Positions 10,971 to 22,226 of a DNA stretch of 64,000 nucleotides are shown piece by piece. A program made the translations under genes and the position numbers. Every line of letters begins with the position of its first letter. Positions within the stretch are counted from its first letter, which is position 1. The DNA is taken from the NCBI GenBank assembly GCA_963717465.1, contig OY970340.1, positions 1,600,001 to 1,664,000 on the forward strand. Direction: 5' to 3'. The notes beneath the pieces are model-generated. The model did not search any database. It worked only from the letters and a program-made list of their open reading frames with translations, and was not told the DNA's origin. Source of the stretch: Candidatus Bathyarchaeota archaeon. Its GTDB lineage: Archaea; Thermoproteota; Bathyarchaeia; Bathyarchaeales; Bathycorpusculaceae.

Positions 10971-12656
10971 TCATTTTTTTTCTTTTGGCTTATTTTCTGT
11001 TTGGCCATAGACGTATTTACCGCCTCTAAGCATCGAGAGGATGGCTGCTATAAAGCACATTATAGCGCCTGCAATAAACACTTCTTTTAGTGAATTCATA
11101 AACGGCGAGGCAATGGCGTTTGGAAAGAACGCTGTTTGTGTGAGTTTTTGAATGGCGGTTGCAGGTATGCTACTAATGACTGAGTGCGGCAATGTTCCTA
11201 GTATAGTTTGAATGGGGTTGTAACCTAAGAGTGCTCCGAATAAAGCAGCGGTTGCAGGGGTAGAACTTAGAACTTTGGCAATTTGCAAAGAAGCGCCAGC
11301 ATTTGTTACCGCCAAAGATAGGGCGCCTGGAAGAGTGCCATTGAGGGCTACTATTACGATAGTGAAGAATAATGCTTGGCCTATTGTTTGAGCGCTGTTT
11401 TGGAGTGTTGCACGCATGCCTGATGCGGCGCCTCGATGTTCAGGCGGAACACTATTCATAATCGCCGCCGCGTTAGGCGAAATGAAGAGGCCGCTACCTA
11501 TACCCATTATAAAGAGTATCATCCCGAAGGCTAAGCATGCAAAATTGACTTGGAGAAAGGCAAAGGCGATAAATGTTAACCCAGTAACGACATTGCCCAT
11601 TGTAGCGAGTGTTCTCGCGCCATACTTATCTGATAACCAACCGCTAATTGGACCTGCAATGACAAATCCAATTGTCATTGGTATAATGAATATTCCTGCC
11701 CAGAACGGCGTTGAATCGTAGCTGTAGCCATTTAGTGGAAGCCAGATGCCTTGAAGTAGTACTACAAGCATAATCATGACTCCTCCACGGGCCATGGAAT
11801 TTAAGAACGATGCGATGTTACCTATACTGAACGCTCTTATTTTGAAAAGTTCAAGTCTAAACAATGGTTCAGCAACATGTCGTTCGATAAAGGGGAATGC
11901 GACGAGAAGTCCTGCTCCAATAACCAAGGAAGCAATTACAAATGGGCTGCTCCAGCCCATAGCTGAACTGCCATAAGGCAATAGCCCGTAAGTTATTCCT
12001 ATCAAGATAAGGGTTAAACCGGCACCTAAGGTTATGTTTCCCCAAATGTCCAATTTCTGGTGATGCTTAATTGTGGCGAGTTCCTTTAGTTTCCAGTAAG
12101 ACCAAACGGTACCGACCACACCCACTGGAACATTCACAAGGAATACTAATCGCCAATCGTATGTTGCTAGAATTCCGCCAAGCGCCAAGCCAATCAATGA
12201 ACCAGCCAAAGAAGCTACCGAATTGATGCCTAACGCTTTTCCGCGTTCATTGACCGGGAACGAGTCAGTAATTATGGCGGCGCTGTTTGCAAGGAGAAAT
12301 GCTCCGCCAACGCCTTGGATGAGTCTAAATGCGATTAGTTCGATTGCTCCCAGATTGCCTTGGTTTGGTGTTATGGCGCAAAGGATTGAGCCTGCTGTAA
12401 ATATGGCAAATCCTAAGTTGTATAGTTTGACTCTTCCGAGCATGTCTGATATTCTGCCGAAGGTTACGAGCAAGGTTGCGGTTACGATGCTGTAGCCGAA
12501 TAGTATCCAGAGCAGATATTGAAAAGAAGTAAACGGATTAACGTTTAAACCTCTGAAAATAGCTGGCAAGGCTATCAGAACAATAGTTGCGTCAATCGTA
12601 GCCATTAGTGTGCCTATGGTTGTGTTTGAAAGGGCGACCCATTTGTATTCAACCAT
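10971..12656 (-). CDS. MFS transporter (DHA2/EmrB-QacA-like, 14 TM)
   Basis: GRISDMLGR motif [16 protein letters not shown]; many TM helices. Start ATG 12656 (GTG 12665 is an alternative). Confidence 0.88.
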   Translation of the reverse strand: MVEYKWVALSNTTIGTLMATIDATIVLIALPAIFRGLNVNPFTSFQYLLWILFGYSIVTATLLVTFGRISDMLGRVKLYNLGFAIFTAGSILCAITPNQGNLGAIELIAFRLIQGVGGAFLLANSAAIITDSFPVNERGKALGINSVASLAGSLIGLALGGILATYDWRLVFLVNVPVGVVGTVWSYWKLKELATIKHHQKLDIWGNITLGAGLTLILIGITYGLLPYGSSAMGWSSPFVIASLVIGAGLLVAFPFIERHVAEPLFRLELFKIRAFSIGNIASFLNSMARGGVMIMLVVLLQGIWLPLNGYSYDSTPFWAGIFIIPMTIGFVIAGPISGWLSDKYGARTLATMGNVVTGLTFIAFAFLQVNFACLAFGMILFIMGIGSGLFISPNAAAIMNSVPPEHRGAASGMRATLQNSAQTIGQALFFTIVIVALNGTLPGALSLAVTNAGASLQIAKVLSSTPATAALFGALLGYNPIQTILGTLPHSVISSIPATAIQKLTQTAFFPNAIASPFMNSLKEVFIAGAIMCFIAAILSMLRGGKYVYGQTENKPKEKK

Positions 12657-12714
12657 ACTGCTCACTTCGGTTCTTTTTCTTTTAACTGAATGATGTCAGT
12701 GCGGATTAATCTTA

Positions 12715-12732
12715 TAGCGAGCATATTCGCTA
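12715..12732. promoter_or_regulatory. Palindromic putative operator between the divergent MFS and HTH genes
   Basis: TAGCGA-gcatat-TCGCTA inverted repeat in the short divergent intergenic region. Confidence 0.45.
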
Positions 12733-12769
12733 CACAAATTATTTATTGAATGAAAGTGATTTAAATCAC

Positions 12770-13501
12770 ATGCGCAGGCTAGTTGTAGAATGGTCAATAA
12801 ACGAATCAATCAAAAAAATCAAGGATCGAGAAATCGAGAGACTCAAAATATCTGGAGCGGATGACAATTCCGAATTAATCAAAAAAGCTCAATTGACTGA
12901 ACTAAACAGGCTCGAAACCATGAAAAAAATCAAGTCATTTGAGATGCTACACATTTTACGACTTGATTCCTCTGAAACTGCAGCCATATTCAGACTAGAA
13001 GCCAAGGATGACTCTTTGGAAGTTGAGGAACTTCTGAAGTCACTTCTTCACAACATCAAATTTGAATGTCAGCTTTTAGAGCGTGATAGAGGCGCTTGCA
13101 TCTACTTTATCAAGGGAAACCCGGCTCAGTCAACTTCGGGAACGTCTAACAGAAGCGGAATGTACCCCCTGTTGCCTTTTGCTGTCAGGGATGGAAAAGT
13201 TAGAGTTACCCTTGTCGGAGATAATGAGCAGGTTAAGGGGTTCCTTGAAACTATGGGAGTTAACTACAAGGTGTTGTCGCTGACGGATGCCAAATTTTCA
13301 CTCAATTCGCCGATCAGTCGCTTGACTGAAAAGCAGCAGGAAGCGATTTCTTTAGCTTTTAGGCTTGGCTACTTTGATACACCCAGAAAAGTAAGCGCAG
13401 ATGAGCTGGCAGCAAAGCTTGGTCTTGCGAGTTCTACTTTAGCTGTTCATTTGAGAAGAGCCGAACGACGCCTGCTTTCAGAAACACTGAACACCGCCTA
13501 A
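12770..13501 (+). CDS. HTH_10 (bacterio-opsin activator-like) transcriptional regulator
   Basis: C-terminal LTEKQ...AFRLGYFDTPRKVSADELA...HLRRAE. Confidence 0.85.
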   Translation: MRRLVVEWSINESIKKIKDREIERLKISGADDNSELIKKAQLTELNRLETMKKIKSFEMLHILRLDSSETAAIFRLEAKDDSLEVEELLKSLLHNIKFECQLLERDRGACIYFIKGNPAQSTSGTSNRSGMYPLLPFAVRDGKVRVTLVGDNEQVKGFLETMGVNYKVLSLTDAKFSLNSPISRLTEKQQEAISLAFRLGYFDTPRKVSADELAAKLGLASSTLAVHLRRAERRLLSETLNTA

Positions 13502-13629
13502 AACCAGTAAAAGAAGCGCGCTGAGTCTTAGCCGTATTCTTAATCCTTTGAAGAGGTCTTTTTTAAGGCGGCTGATTTTCTAGGGATTCTTTGTAGGGAT
13601 ATCCATTCCTGGTTAAGAATCCCCATTTG

Positions 13630-13905
13630 TCAGGATACGCAGGGGAATCTTAGTATGAGACTTGGATTCGACCTGATGAGAATTGCCGCATTGGCTTTTG
13701 AGTCTTCTTCATTCATGTTATAGATTTGCGGGAAAAATTTCCTTGAAATAAACTCGTAAACTCTGGCGTATTGGCTTGTTTTAAATAAGCCATCAACTTG
13801 GTTTTGACAGTGAGTGCAGTATCTTGCGTCAAATTTGGATGGTTCCCCATCATTTACCATGTCAATATTGCAGTTGGCACATCTTTTTTGATCCGATTCA
13901 CCCAT
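13630..13905 (-). CDS. Small zinc-ribbon protein
   Basis: CxxC...YCxxC pattern; AGGT upstream of the start. Confidence 0.6.
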   Translation of the reverse strand: MGESDQKRCANCNIDMVNDGEPSKFDARYCTHCQNQVDGLFKTSQYARVYEFISRKFFPQIYNMNEEDSKANAAILIRSNPSLILRFPCVS

Positions 13906-14072
13906 ACTTTTACCTCAAATCTTGCGAGCATCTTCAGATTTACGTACTTCTGATTTTTAGACAAGTAATCTTTCTCTTAAACAATGGTTATTATCAGGAT
14001 TGACTGACCATTCATCGCGCAATGCTAAGGCTTTAGGTGTTTAATGAAAACTGGTTAACCCGATTATGCTTT

Positions 14073-14999
14073 CTAGAAAAGCCATGGATATAATCGTCTT
14101 GCCGTTTCTGTCACGATGGCTGGCGCGATTACTCCTTCTTCGCAGATTAAGCCGTGAATTAAATCGCGTCGAGTAACATCGAAAGCTGGGTTGCAGACGT
14201 TTAGTTTAGCTGGGGCGTCTTCCCAGACTTCTTTTGGATTTCGCATTTCAATTTTCTCATAATCTCCGCATAAGGTTGTTGGATCGTATTTTAAGAGTTC
14301 TGATGCAACGTAGAAGGGTTTTCTTGCTTCCTTGGCTAAAACGGCAAGTGTGCCTGTGCCAATCTTGTTTACCACATTTCCCTCTGCAGTAATTGCGTCA
14401 GCGCCTACTATGACAATATCCGCTTTGCTTATGTATGATCGAGCGGCTGAATCAACAATAAAAGTGGTTTCCACTCCAAGCTCTAAGAGTTCTTTAGCTG
14501 TTATCCTTCCTTGAAGGGCAGGTCTTGTTTCGGTGCAGATAACCTTGAAGTTTCTGCCATCTTTTTTTGCTAATGCTAACATGCGAGTTACAGTTGAGGA
14601 GTGACAGTGAGTAAAAACCGTGTAACCATCGCGGATTCGCCTGGAGCCTATCTGCGCAACAAGTTCTCGCGAATTTTCAAGATTCTTCAAGAACTGTTCA
14701 GCGCTTGCCGAAACAGTTTTGCCAAGCAGCTTCATGTTTTTATCGCGGCTGTTTTCAACTTGAGTAATTATCCATCTAACAGCATTTCTCATCAGCGGCT
14801 CAGTTTCTCTTGAAGCAAAAAGAACACTTTGAGCTTGGGAGAGTTCGCTTAAAAACTCAGTTTTAGTTTTTGCTTCTGTCTGTTCAGCCAAAGTTTGAAG
14901 GGCTTTAATTGCTGCTATTGCAACGTTTCTTGCCCCTTGAACTTGCAGTTTCCTTATTTTTTCAGCTGTGGCGCTGATGGTTTCAGTCATTTTGCTCAT
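14073..14999 (-). CDS. Ribose-1,5-bisphosphate isomerase (eIF2B/MtnA family)
   Basis: VQGARNVA, THCHSS (catalytic Cys position), ETRP, VGAD, NKIGT and NPAFDVT motifs. Confidence 0.8.
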   Translation of the reverse strand: MSKMTETISATAEKIRKLQVQGARNVAIAAIKALQTLAEQTEAKTKTEFLSELSQAQSVLFASRETEPLMRNAVRWIITQVENSRDKNMKLLGKTVSASAEQFLKNLENSRELVAQIGSRRIRDGYTVFTHCHSSTVTRMLALAKKDGRNFKVICTETRPALQGRITAKELLELGVETTFIVDSAARSYISKADIVIVGADAITAEGNVVNKIGTGTLAVLAKEARKPFYVASELLKYDPTTLCGDYEKIEMRNPKEVWEDAPAKLNVCNPAFDVTRRDLIHGLICEEGVIAPAIVTETARRLYPWLF

Positions 15000-15080
15000 C
15001 CTTTGCAAAAATGTTTTGGCTTTGTAAGGTATGCATGGAGAAGCATATAAGCCGATTGAACTGTTACTATTGCGAAGAAA

Positions 15081-16220
15081 ATGTCGTCGCCAACCGATGG
15101 TAACCTTGACGTTTTAAACTCCATAATTGGGCCTTGGTACGAGTCTCTTGAGAATCCTCAAAAATCACAAGAGCAAGTGCTAACCCAATTACTTAGCAAG
15201 TACGCCGTTTCAGATTATGGCCAAAACCACAAAGCAACTAAAGTAGTAGGCATCGCTGATTTCCGTAAGAATTTTCCGATAATTAATTACCAGGGGCTAC
15301 TGCCGTACATTGCACAAATTCAGAACGGAAACTACAAGGCATTCCTTTCTGAACCGCCTGATTGCTGGGTTATGACTCGGGGTTCGACCGGAAAATCCAA
15401 AGTCATGCCCGCAACGCAAACCCATTTGAAACAAATCTTCAGTTGCGGCGCAAGAGGCTTAGTAAATTTTGCAGTTAAGAAGCAGAACTTTGAGGCTTTT
15501 TCTGGTTACATTCTTAACTTGAATTTTCCCTCAAGCGTTCATACACTTGTTCAGAACAACAAGAAGATCAATTATGGCTATAGCTCTGGAACGTATGCTA
15601 GGCTTAATCCCATGTTTAATCAGGTAAGCTTGCTTCCACGTCAAGAGGATATTGACGCTATAGGTCAAGGAATTGGAAAAGCGGACTGGGAGAAACGTTT
15701 TGAACTTGTCTATCAGCAAGCTCTTGACAAGAATGTAACTGCCACTATGGGTGTCACCCCGGTGATTATCTCTTTCGCGAGGTACATTCAAAAGAAGCAC
15801 GGTAAGAAGCCTCGTGAATTATGGAAGCCTCAAGCCTTTTTCTGCACAAGCGTGCGAAAGATACAGTTCAAATATGGGCCTATTTTAAGAAAATATTATG
15901 GTGATGCTCCTATTGTGGAAATGTACTCTGCGACGGAAGGGGTTTTTGCCCAGCAGCTTGATGATTTACCGTATGTGACGCCTAATTATGATACTTACTT
16001 TTTTGAAGTTGTTACAGGAAGTGGCGTGAAGATGCTTCATGAGCTTAAGCGTGGTGAATGGGGTAGACTTATTATTTCTTCGTGTATGCTTCCACGATAC
16101 GATATTGGGGACATGGTTGAATCTGCAGGAAAAAATTATTTTCGAATATTTGGTCGAGCAGATACTTTGAATATTTTAGAGCACAGGATATACCGATTGT
16201 TCTTTAATTGGCTTCTTTAA
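15081..16220 (+). CDS. GH3-family (acyl-acid amido synthetase-like) protein
   Basis: TRGSTGKSK, YSATEG and RYDIGD adenylation motifs. Confidence 0.8.
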   Translation: MSSPTDGNLDVLNSIIGPWYESLENPQKSQEQVLTQLLSKYAVSDYGQNHKATKVVGIADFRKNFPIINYQGLLPYIAQIQNGNYKAFLSEPPDCWVMTRGSTGKSKVMPATQTHLKQIFSCGARGLVNFAVKKQNFEAFSGYILNLNFPSSVHTLVQNNKKINYGYSSGTYARLNPMFNQVSLLPRQEDIDAIGQGIGKADWEKRFELVYQQALDKNVTATMGVTPVIISFARYIQKKHGKKPRELWKPQAFFCTSVRKIQFKYGPILRKYYGDAPIVEMYSATEGVFAQQLDDLPYVTPNYDTYFFEVVTGSGVKMLHELKRGEWGRLIISSCMLPRYDIGDMVESAGKNYFRIFGRADTLNILEHRIYRLFFNWLL

Positions 16221-16651
16221 GTTGGCGGTGGATTTCGTCTTCGAGCTGTAGTTGAATAGTATATAGCCGCGACTATAACAATTATGCCAATCATTAGCAA
16301 GATCAAAGCTCCGCTTGTCGTCGAAGTCAAGTAGCCACTAACTTGCAAGAGTGCGAAAAAGCCGATTATAATCAGCAGTAAACCACCAATTAGCCAGCCG
16401 GCAAAGCCGTATTCTCCTTTCTCATGCTTTTCACCTGCTTCACCTTTTTCCTCCTTCTCATGTTTCTCCTGCTTCTCCTGTTTTTCTTGCTTCTCATCTT
16501 TCTCGTCTCTGCCTTGGTAAGGTGGAGGTGCTGAAGGTGCAGGTGCTGCTTGAGTTCCCCCAATCCTTAGAGGTGCCCCGCATTTTGGGCAGAACGCCAT
16601 ATTTTCATCAACTTTATTGCCACATTTTGGACAATACGACATACCGCTCAT
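16217..16651 (-). CDS. Zinc-ribbon membrane protein with EK repeat
   Basis: CPKCG twice, (EKQ)n low-complexity tract, two C-terminal TM helices. Confidence 0.75.
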   Translation of the reverse strand: MSGMSYCPKCGNKVDENMAFCPKCGAPLRIGGTQAAPAPSAPPPYQGRDEKDEKQEKQEKQEKHEKEEKGEAGEKHEKGEYGFAGWLIGGLLLIIIGFFALLQVSGYLTSTTSGALILLMIGIIVIVAAIYYSTTARRRNPPPT

Positions 16652-16751
16652 CCTGCTTTATCATAAATCAGGACTCCCTATTTAAAACATCACTTTTAAA
16701 TCGAAAAATATATGTGCTTACAGCTTAAATAATGGGCTGAGGAGACAAAGC

Positions 16752-17276
16752 TTGACCAATTATTCAAGCACAAAAGCCCGTCCTAATACAACTTATACAG
16801 ATAGTGTTTCGTCAGCAGTTTCGGTTGGAGCATTTTTCATAATAATAAGCGTGATCTACATAATTCATCTTAGTCCACAATTTAATCTTTGGAACAACTT
16901 TATTTCTTTTTTAACTTCGTTTACACTCGCGCAGGTTCCTAATACAACAATATTTTGGCCCGCACCAAGTAACCCTGCAGGTTTTACAGAGCTTTACTCA
17001 GCTTTCTTCCAATTTTGCATCGCTACAGGAATCGTGAACGCGATACTGTTAATTCTGCGGTTTTGGTTTAACTCCTCAATCGATAGAAAAGCTGAAACAA
17101 TTGGGAATATAGTTTTTTGGTTTGGCACAGGTTACCTGATAACCGTTTACCTCACCAGTTCTGTAACCTTGTATACATGGTTCGTATTTTGGATTTGGGT
17201 TTTAATGGTTTTAGGGTGGTCTCTAATTGCTCGGGCTTTTGCTTTCCTAGCGAAAAGAGCGCCATCTAAAACATAG
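16752..17276 (+). CDS. Hypothetical membrane protein
   Basis: Four hydrophobic segments; GAGGAG upstream of the TTG start; T-tract after the stop. Confidence 0.65.
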   Translation: MTNYSSTKARPNTTYTDSVSSAVSVGAFFIIISVIYIIHLSPQFNLWNNFISFLTSFTLAQVPNTTIFWPAPSNPAGFTELYSAFFQFCIATGIVNAILLILRFWFNSSIDRKAETIGNIVFWFGTGYLITVYLTSSVTLYTWFVFWIWVLMVLGWSLIARAFAFLAKRAPSKT

Positions 17277-17410
17277 CTCTTTTTTTTTCAATGTTATAGC
17301 AATATCAGCCGTCAGTTCATATTAAATGAATCTTGAAATCACTTAATCTTCTGTTCTTTTCACTGTCGGTTTATTAGAAATTTGCCTAAGAAAGTTATTA
17401 AAGCAAGGAT

Positions 17411-18823
17411 TTGATGCTAACTCGTGTAGGTGGGATTACCTTCAAGAAGCTTGCAGTAGCAAAATTTGGCGGCAGCTTGTTAGACACGGACGGCAAAGGA
17501 ATACCTAAAATCGTTAGACGCATAAAAGAGTTAAATGCAAAAAACGGTTTTGGGCCAATTGTTGTTTTCTCCGCACCAATGGGCTGCACTGACATGCTCA
17601 TTCACATTGGAGAATCTTACGCCCAGTCAACACCGATTCCAATTGAGCCAGTCTTTGAAGTTTACGATCAATTGGCCAAGGCTCATATTAAGAGTGAATT
17701 GCTTGAACAGGCACAAAAAGAGTTAGGCAAATACAAAGCGCTTACTTCAACTGCTCTTAAATCAATTAATAAACGCTTCAATGGAAACATTAAGGCTAAA
17801 ATACTTACGTTAGGCGGCGAATTAGCCATGTCTACGTTAGCAGACTATATTTTAAAAGTAATGATTTAGACTCGTGCAGGCTTCCATTTGAAAATTGGCC
17901 CATTGTAACTGATGATAATTTTGAGGATGCATGGCCAAATTACACTTTCAGCCTAAAAAAAATCGACTGCCCTAATCGAACCGTTAGAGGAAGGCAAAAT
18001 TGTTTCGATGGCGGGATTTTTAGGAGCAACCGCAGATGGTCTTGAAACAATCTTAGGCAGAGGCGGCTCCGATTTAACTGCGGTCTTCACTTCATGTCTA
18101 CTAAAAAACATCTACAACACTGAGACTTTACTATACAAGGATGTGCCTGTTCAAAGTGCTGACCCAAAAGTTGTGCGAGGACAAAAAACAGAACATGTAA
18201 AATCGCTAACATACAATGAAGCCCATAAAGCATCAATGATGGGCATGAAAATTGTTCAAAGCCCCGCAATCGCAATGGCAAGACGATTCACTCAGCCCTT
18301 AATTGTAGTGCCAATCAATGAGCCAGAGAAAATTTCAGTAATTCATTCGCAATCAAGCGAAGGCGAAGTTGTAAAATGCTTAACTGGAAAAGCTGGATGC
18401 GCAATACTTTCAATGAACGATGAGAAAAGCAGATCACTTGAAGATTCCCTGCGAATATGGGAGAGACGGAATGACTTCATAGATTTAGGCGCTGAAACCC
18501 TTGAAACAGGCGAAAGCATTCGCGATTTTCTTTTCTTGGACTCTGATTTCCTAAAAAAGAACGAAGAAAAACTGAAAGGATTCGACGAGAACATGAAAAT
18601 TGAATATGGGCTAGGCGTCGTCACGCTTATCGGAGACAAAATGAAGGATTCAGCGGGCATAGCTTCACTAGCTATCGGCGCAATATCAGGCATAAACATT
18701 AAACGAGGAATCTTTGCACCCCACACATCACAAATAATAATCGTCGTAAACGAGAAAAACGTTCATGCAACAGTCGCCGCAATTCACCAAAAAAAGGCAG
18801 AAATGAACAAACCCATCGATTAA
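17411..18823 (+). CDS. lysC: Aspartate kinase (two apparent compensating frameshifts near 17856 and 17971)
   Basis: VAKFGGS at the N-terminus, IVTDDNF in the bridging frame, GFLG...LGRGGSDLTA, DPKVV, ACT-like C-terminus. Confidence 0.8.
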
Positions 18824-18988
18824 AATTAAAAACTTATTAGCATTCACGGGCAAAGCGGTGGTAACTTATTTGCGTTTTGCAGGCGTTCTTTAACTCTTCA
18901 ACTCCAACTGTGAACCAACAAATTACTAGCAATACGGAAAAATCTTGCAAAGTAAAAGCTTAGCACTTGGATTCCCAGTTTAATAGAA

Positions 18989-20353
18989 CTATTTCATTTT
19001 ATTGTAGATGGCGTTTGTTAGTGCTTCGAATGGTTTGCCTAAAAGAGAGTAACCCTTATCGCCAAGGTTTTTTCTGATATAGAATTGAGTCATGCCTTTG
19101 ATGATTGCGAACTTTAGCTTGGGCTCAGTGACTTGTGAATCAAACAATAGTTTATGCTTTATCAATTGAATATTTTTTGGTTCTTCCCATTCTTCCGAAA
19201 ACATTTCTCCTTTAAGTCTTTGAAATAAGGGGGTTCCTGGAATAGGGTACGGTAGTGTGAAAGAAAGATAATCCAATGGGATGGAAGATGCAAATTTTAC
19301 GGTGTCCAAGATTGTTTTTTCGTTTTCGCCTGGATACCCTAAAATGAAAAAAGCTCCAGCCTTAATGTTTTTCGTTTTGCATAATTGGACAGCTGAATAT
19401 GCCTGACTTGTTGTTGTTTGCTTGTTCATGATTTTAAGAATTTCATCGTTTCCTGATTCAATTCCGAAGAAAATTCTTACGCATCCAGCTTGCTTCATTT
19501 TCTCGGCAACTTCGGAATCAAATGTGTCAACTCTTGATAGACATTCCCAGCTAATTTTCAAATTGCGTTTGATTATTTCATCACAAATTCCTATGAGCCT
19601 TCTGCAATTTAAGGTAAAACAGTCATCAGCAAACCATATCCTATTATAACCCAAAGAAGCAACTTCTTCGACCTCGTCAGCCACATTTGACGCCGTTCTC
19701 GCCCTGAAATTGTTACCGAACACTGGTCTGCTACAGAAATCACAGTTAAACGGGCAACCTCTGGAAGTCATAATAGCAGTAGTCGTATAGCCAAACCTTT
19801 CAAAATAATATTTCTTGTATGCATCGTTATCAAATAGATCTCGTGAAGGAAGCGGCAAACTATCCAAGTCATCAACAAAATCGCGCGGCGAAGTATGTTT
19901 GATTTGACCTGTGTCTTTATCTTTATATACCAATCCTTTAATCTGAGACAACGCGCTACCCTTCTCGAATGCACCAACCAGTTCAAGCATCGTTTGTTCG
20001 CCTTCACCAACAACAGTAACATCGAAAGCATCGAGAAATTCTTCAGGCTGCATGGTTGGAAGCGCTCCACCTGCAACAAGAAGTTCACAATGCTCTCTTA
20101 GCAAGCGGGCTAATTCTATTGACTTGTCTTTCATTGAATACATTGATTGGATTCCGATTATTTTCGGCTTTGAATTAATAATTTTTCTAAGTGCTTCATG
20201 CTGGTCAAGAAAAGTGCAGTCTACAACTTTAACTGAAATTCCATTTTGTTTTAGAACGGCTGCAATATATCCAAGACCTAATGGTGGAAACCTAAAAATT
20301 GATGTGTCAAAACTAGGGTGAAAGTATGGGTAAACCAAGAGAACATCTGTCAT
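18989..20353 (-). CDS. B12-binding radical SAM protein
   Basis: PPLGLGYIAA N-terminal domain; SRGCPFNCDFC motif; GIESG. Confidence 0.9.
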   Translation of the reverse strand: MTDVLLVYPYFHPSFDTSIFRFPPLGLGYIAAVLKQNGISVKVVDCTFLDQHEALRKIINSKPKIIGIQSMYSMKDKSIELARLLREHCELLVAGGALPTMQPEEFLDAFDVTVVGEGEQTMLELVGAFEKGSALSQIKGLVYKDKDTGQIKHTSPRDFVDDLDSLPLPSRDLFDNDAYKKYYFERFGYTTTAIMTSRGCPFNCDFCSRPVFGNNFRARTASNVADEVEEVASLGYNRIWFADDCFTLNCRRLIGICDEIIKRNLKISWECLSRVDTFDSEVAEKMKQAGCVRIFFGIESGNDEILKIMNKQTTTSQAYSAVQLCKTKNIKAGAFFILGYPGENEKTILDTVKFASSIPLDYLSFTLPYPIPGTPLFQRLKGEMFSEEWEEPKNIQLIKHKLLFDSQVTEPKLKFAIIKGMTQFYIRKNLGDKGYSLLGKPFEALTNAIYNKMK

Positions 20354-20362
20354 ATAATGTGG

Positions 20363-21211
20363 TCACCCAAAAACTTCAATTTCGTATTCGAACGAATCGC
20401 GATGGGCGTTGATCTCGTAGTCTAGGCCGATCCAATCCAAAGACCCTTCTACTAATTCCCTCCCACGTCGCAACAATGTTCCCTTAATATTTTTCAATTT
20501 GAAGCCTATTCTTCCTTGTTCATCCGCTATTTTCGCGTACTGAGCTGTAACGCTGTCCCAAAAACCGATTTTGTCATCATACAAATTAAGGCCATCAGAG
20601 TCAAAATATTTTTTGAAGAAATGTGCACCTTGCTCGTTTAAAACAAAAACCTTTTCAAGTCTTTGCCGATCAAGTTGGCTAATATCTAAATTCAAATCGA
20701 TTAAGTTCTTCTTAATCATGCAAGTTAAGATAACCTTACCTTTCGGAGTCGTTTTATCAAAAATTGATTTTACTCCAAACTTTGAAAGTAATCCTTGGGT
20801 GAAGATAATGAATCGAGCAATCCACTTATTTTTTTGATAAAACAAGGAAACAAAATCTATCATTGAACGCAACTGCTTATTTTCAAGTTTGAGGCTTCGA
20901 AACTGGTCCCTTGCTATCAAATCCATGGAAAACTCTTTTCGGATTACAACGAAATCTTTCCTTCTATGAACTCCTAAAAGAGACGAACCTGAAAAAACTG
21001 TTTCATCAGAATATTTTGCGATAGGAGCTCCAAAACCCATTCCTTCTCCAACAACTTCTCTACCGTTGTACAATAGAATAATTCCTTTCTGTAAATTCGC
21101 AGTTTTCATTATCTTAGGTTTTGTATCAGAATAGATTCTAGCTGCAACAAAATCAGAAATAGTAAAAGTATGCTGCGCCGCTGATGAAAACATTTGGTTT
21201 TGATTTGACAT
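20363..21211 (-). CDS. Hypothetical protein
   Basis: 282-aa ORF ending 9 bp upstream of the radical SAM gene on the same strand; no motif recognised. Confidence 0.6.
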   Translation of the reverse strand: MSNQNQMFSSAAQHTFTISDFVAARIYSDTKPKIMKTANLQKGIILLYNGREVVGEGMGFGAPIAKYSDETVFSGSSLLGVHRRKDFVVIRKEFSMDLIARDQFRSLKLENKQLRSMIDFVSLFYQKNKWIARFIIFTQGLLSKFGVKSIFDKTTPKGKVILTCMIKKNLIDLNLDISQLDRQRLEKVFVLNEQGAHFFKKYFDSDGLNLYDDKIGFWDSVTAQYAKIADEQGRIGFKLKNIKGTLLRRGRELVEGSLDWIGLDYEINAHRDSFEYEIEVFG

Positions 21212-21950
21212 TTCTAATTCTTAATCCTCAAAAACTATTTTTTCCCGATCACGATTTAAGAAATGTACCTGGAATTTTAAATTGAACTTAAGCGGAACTG
21301 TAAAAAATTATGCCTGTAAAAATGACTTTATACTCTGTAAAGATACAACGGTTCAGTTGCTTGCTTCTTCTTTTCAGTTTGAGGCATTCTTTGAAATGAA
21401 TTTTCAAGTCCTTTTTGGCAGTTCAATTTACTCAACCACTTTACAACTTTGTCAAGTTTTGAAAAATATTAACACTTGTGACTGTGCCGACACAGCAACA
21501 ACCGAGTTAGCTGTAGCAAAGCAAGCTCTAATAGAAGGGGGTCTTAGTTAATAACCCTCAAAAGGTTTGCTCAATTGCTCGGAAAGCAACAACCGTCCTT
21601 TTAAAGTCGCCAAGTGTTCATGCAGTTTACTGCGATATTTATCTTTTCAAGTTATTATTCCGAAAAATGAATATATTTACAAGATAATTTAGGGGAATTT
21701 GTATTTTTTGCAAAACAAAATATTTTCATTATTTAGTTTCCTTTTTTGGGTTTTTATCTTTTGATCTGATAGTTTTCAGTAAAAAAGGTAGGCTTTTTAA
21801 TGCAAACTTTCCCACTCTTGGCTAAAGCGATTTTTATGATTTGGAGACTGCGCCAGATAAGAACTTGTACAAAATGATCATGATATCAAAGTTCAAGTCT
21901 TCCGCAAACATAAATAGTTGGATAATGCGCTTTTGATTTGGACAATGAGG

Positions 21951-22034
21951 ATATCGAGGTACGCCGAGGCTGAAGGCGGGGAAAATATGCTGGAGGCTTG
22001 TGAGTGCTTTTTCCGCTACTGAGTCTGTCAAAAG
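21951..22034 (+). repeat. Degenerate direct repeat, copy 1 (left of the glycerol-type operon)
   Basis: Exact 26-bp core GCTTGTGAGTGCTTTTTCCGCTACTG at 21996-22021, also at 30010-30035; the flanks align ungapped. Confidence 0.85.
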
Positions 22035-22226
22035 CCGCTAAATGTCGTAAAGGTAATTGAAGTAAGCAACAATACCTGTTGCCTTTTTCTATGTGTTTCT
22101 CTTCGCTCTAAAAGAGTTCAGGGTGAATTTCAGGTTAAGAATTAGGGCTAAAGATGAAAATGTCAGGTTTAAAAACCATGTTTTGGGCAAAAACCATTAA
22201 GAATTACCTCAGCCATATGGTGATGT

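Noticed and set aside
21282..21551. 89-aa ORF in the gap before the glycerol-type operon
   Set aside because: No motif or RBS; the region looks like decayed or intergenic sequence.
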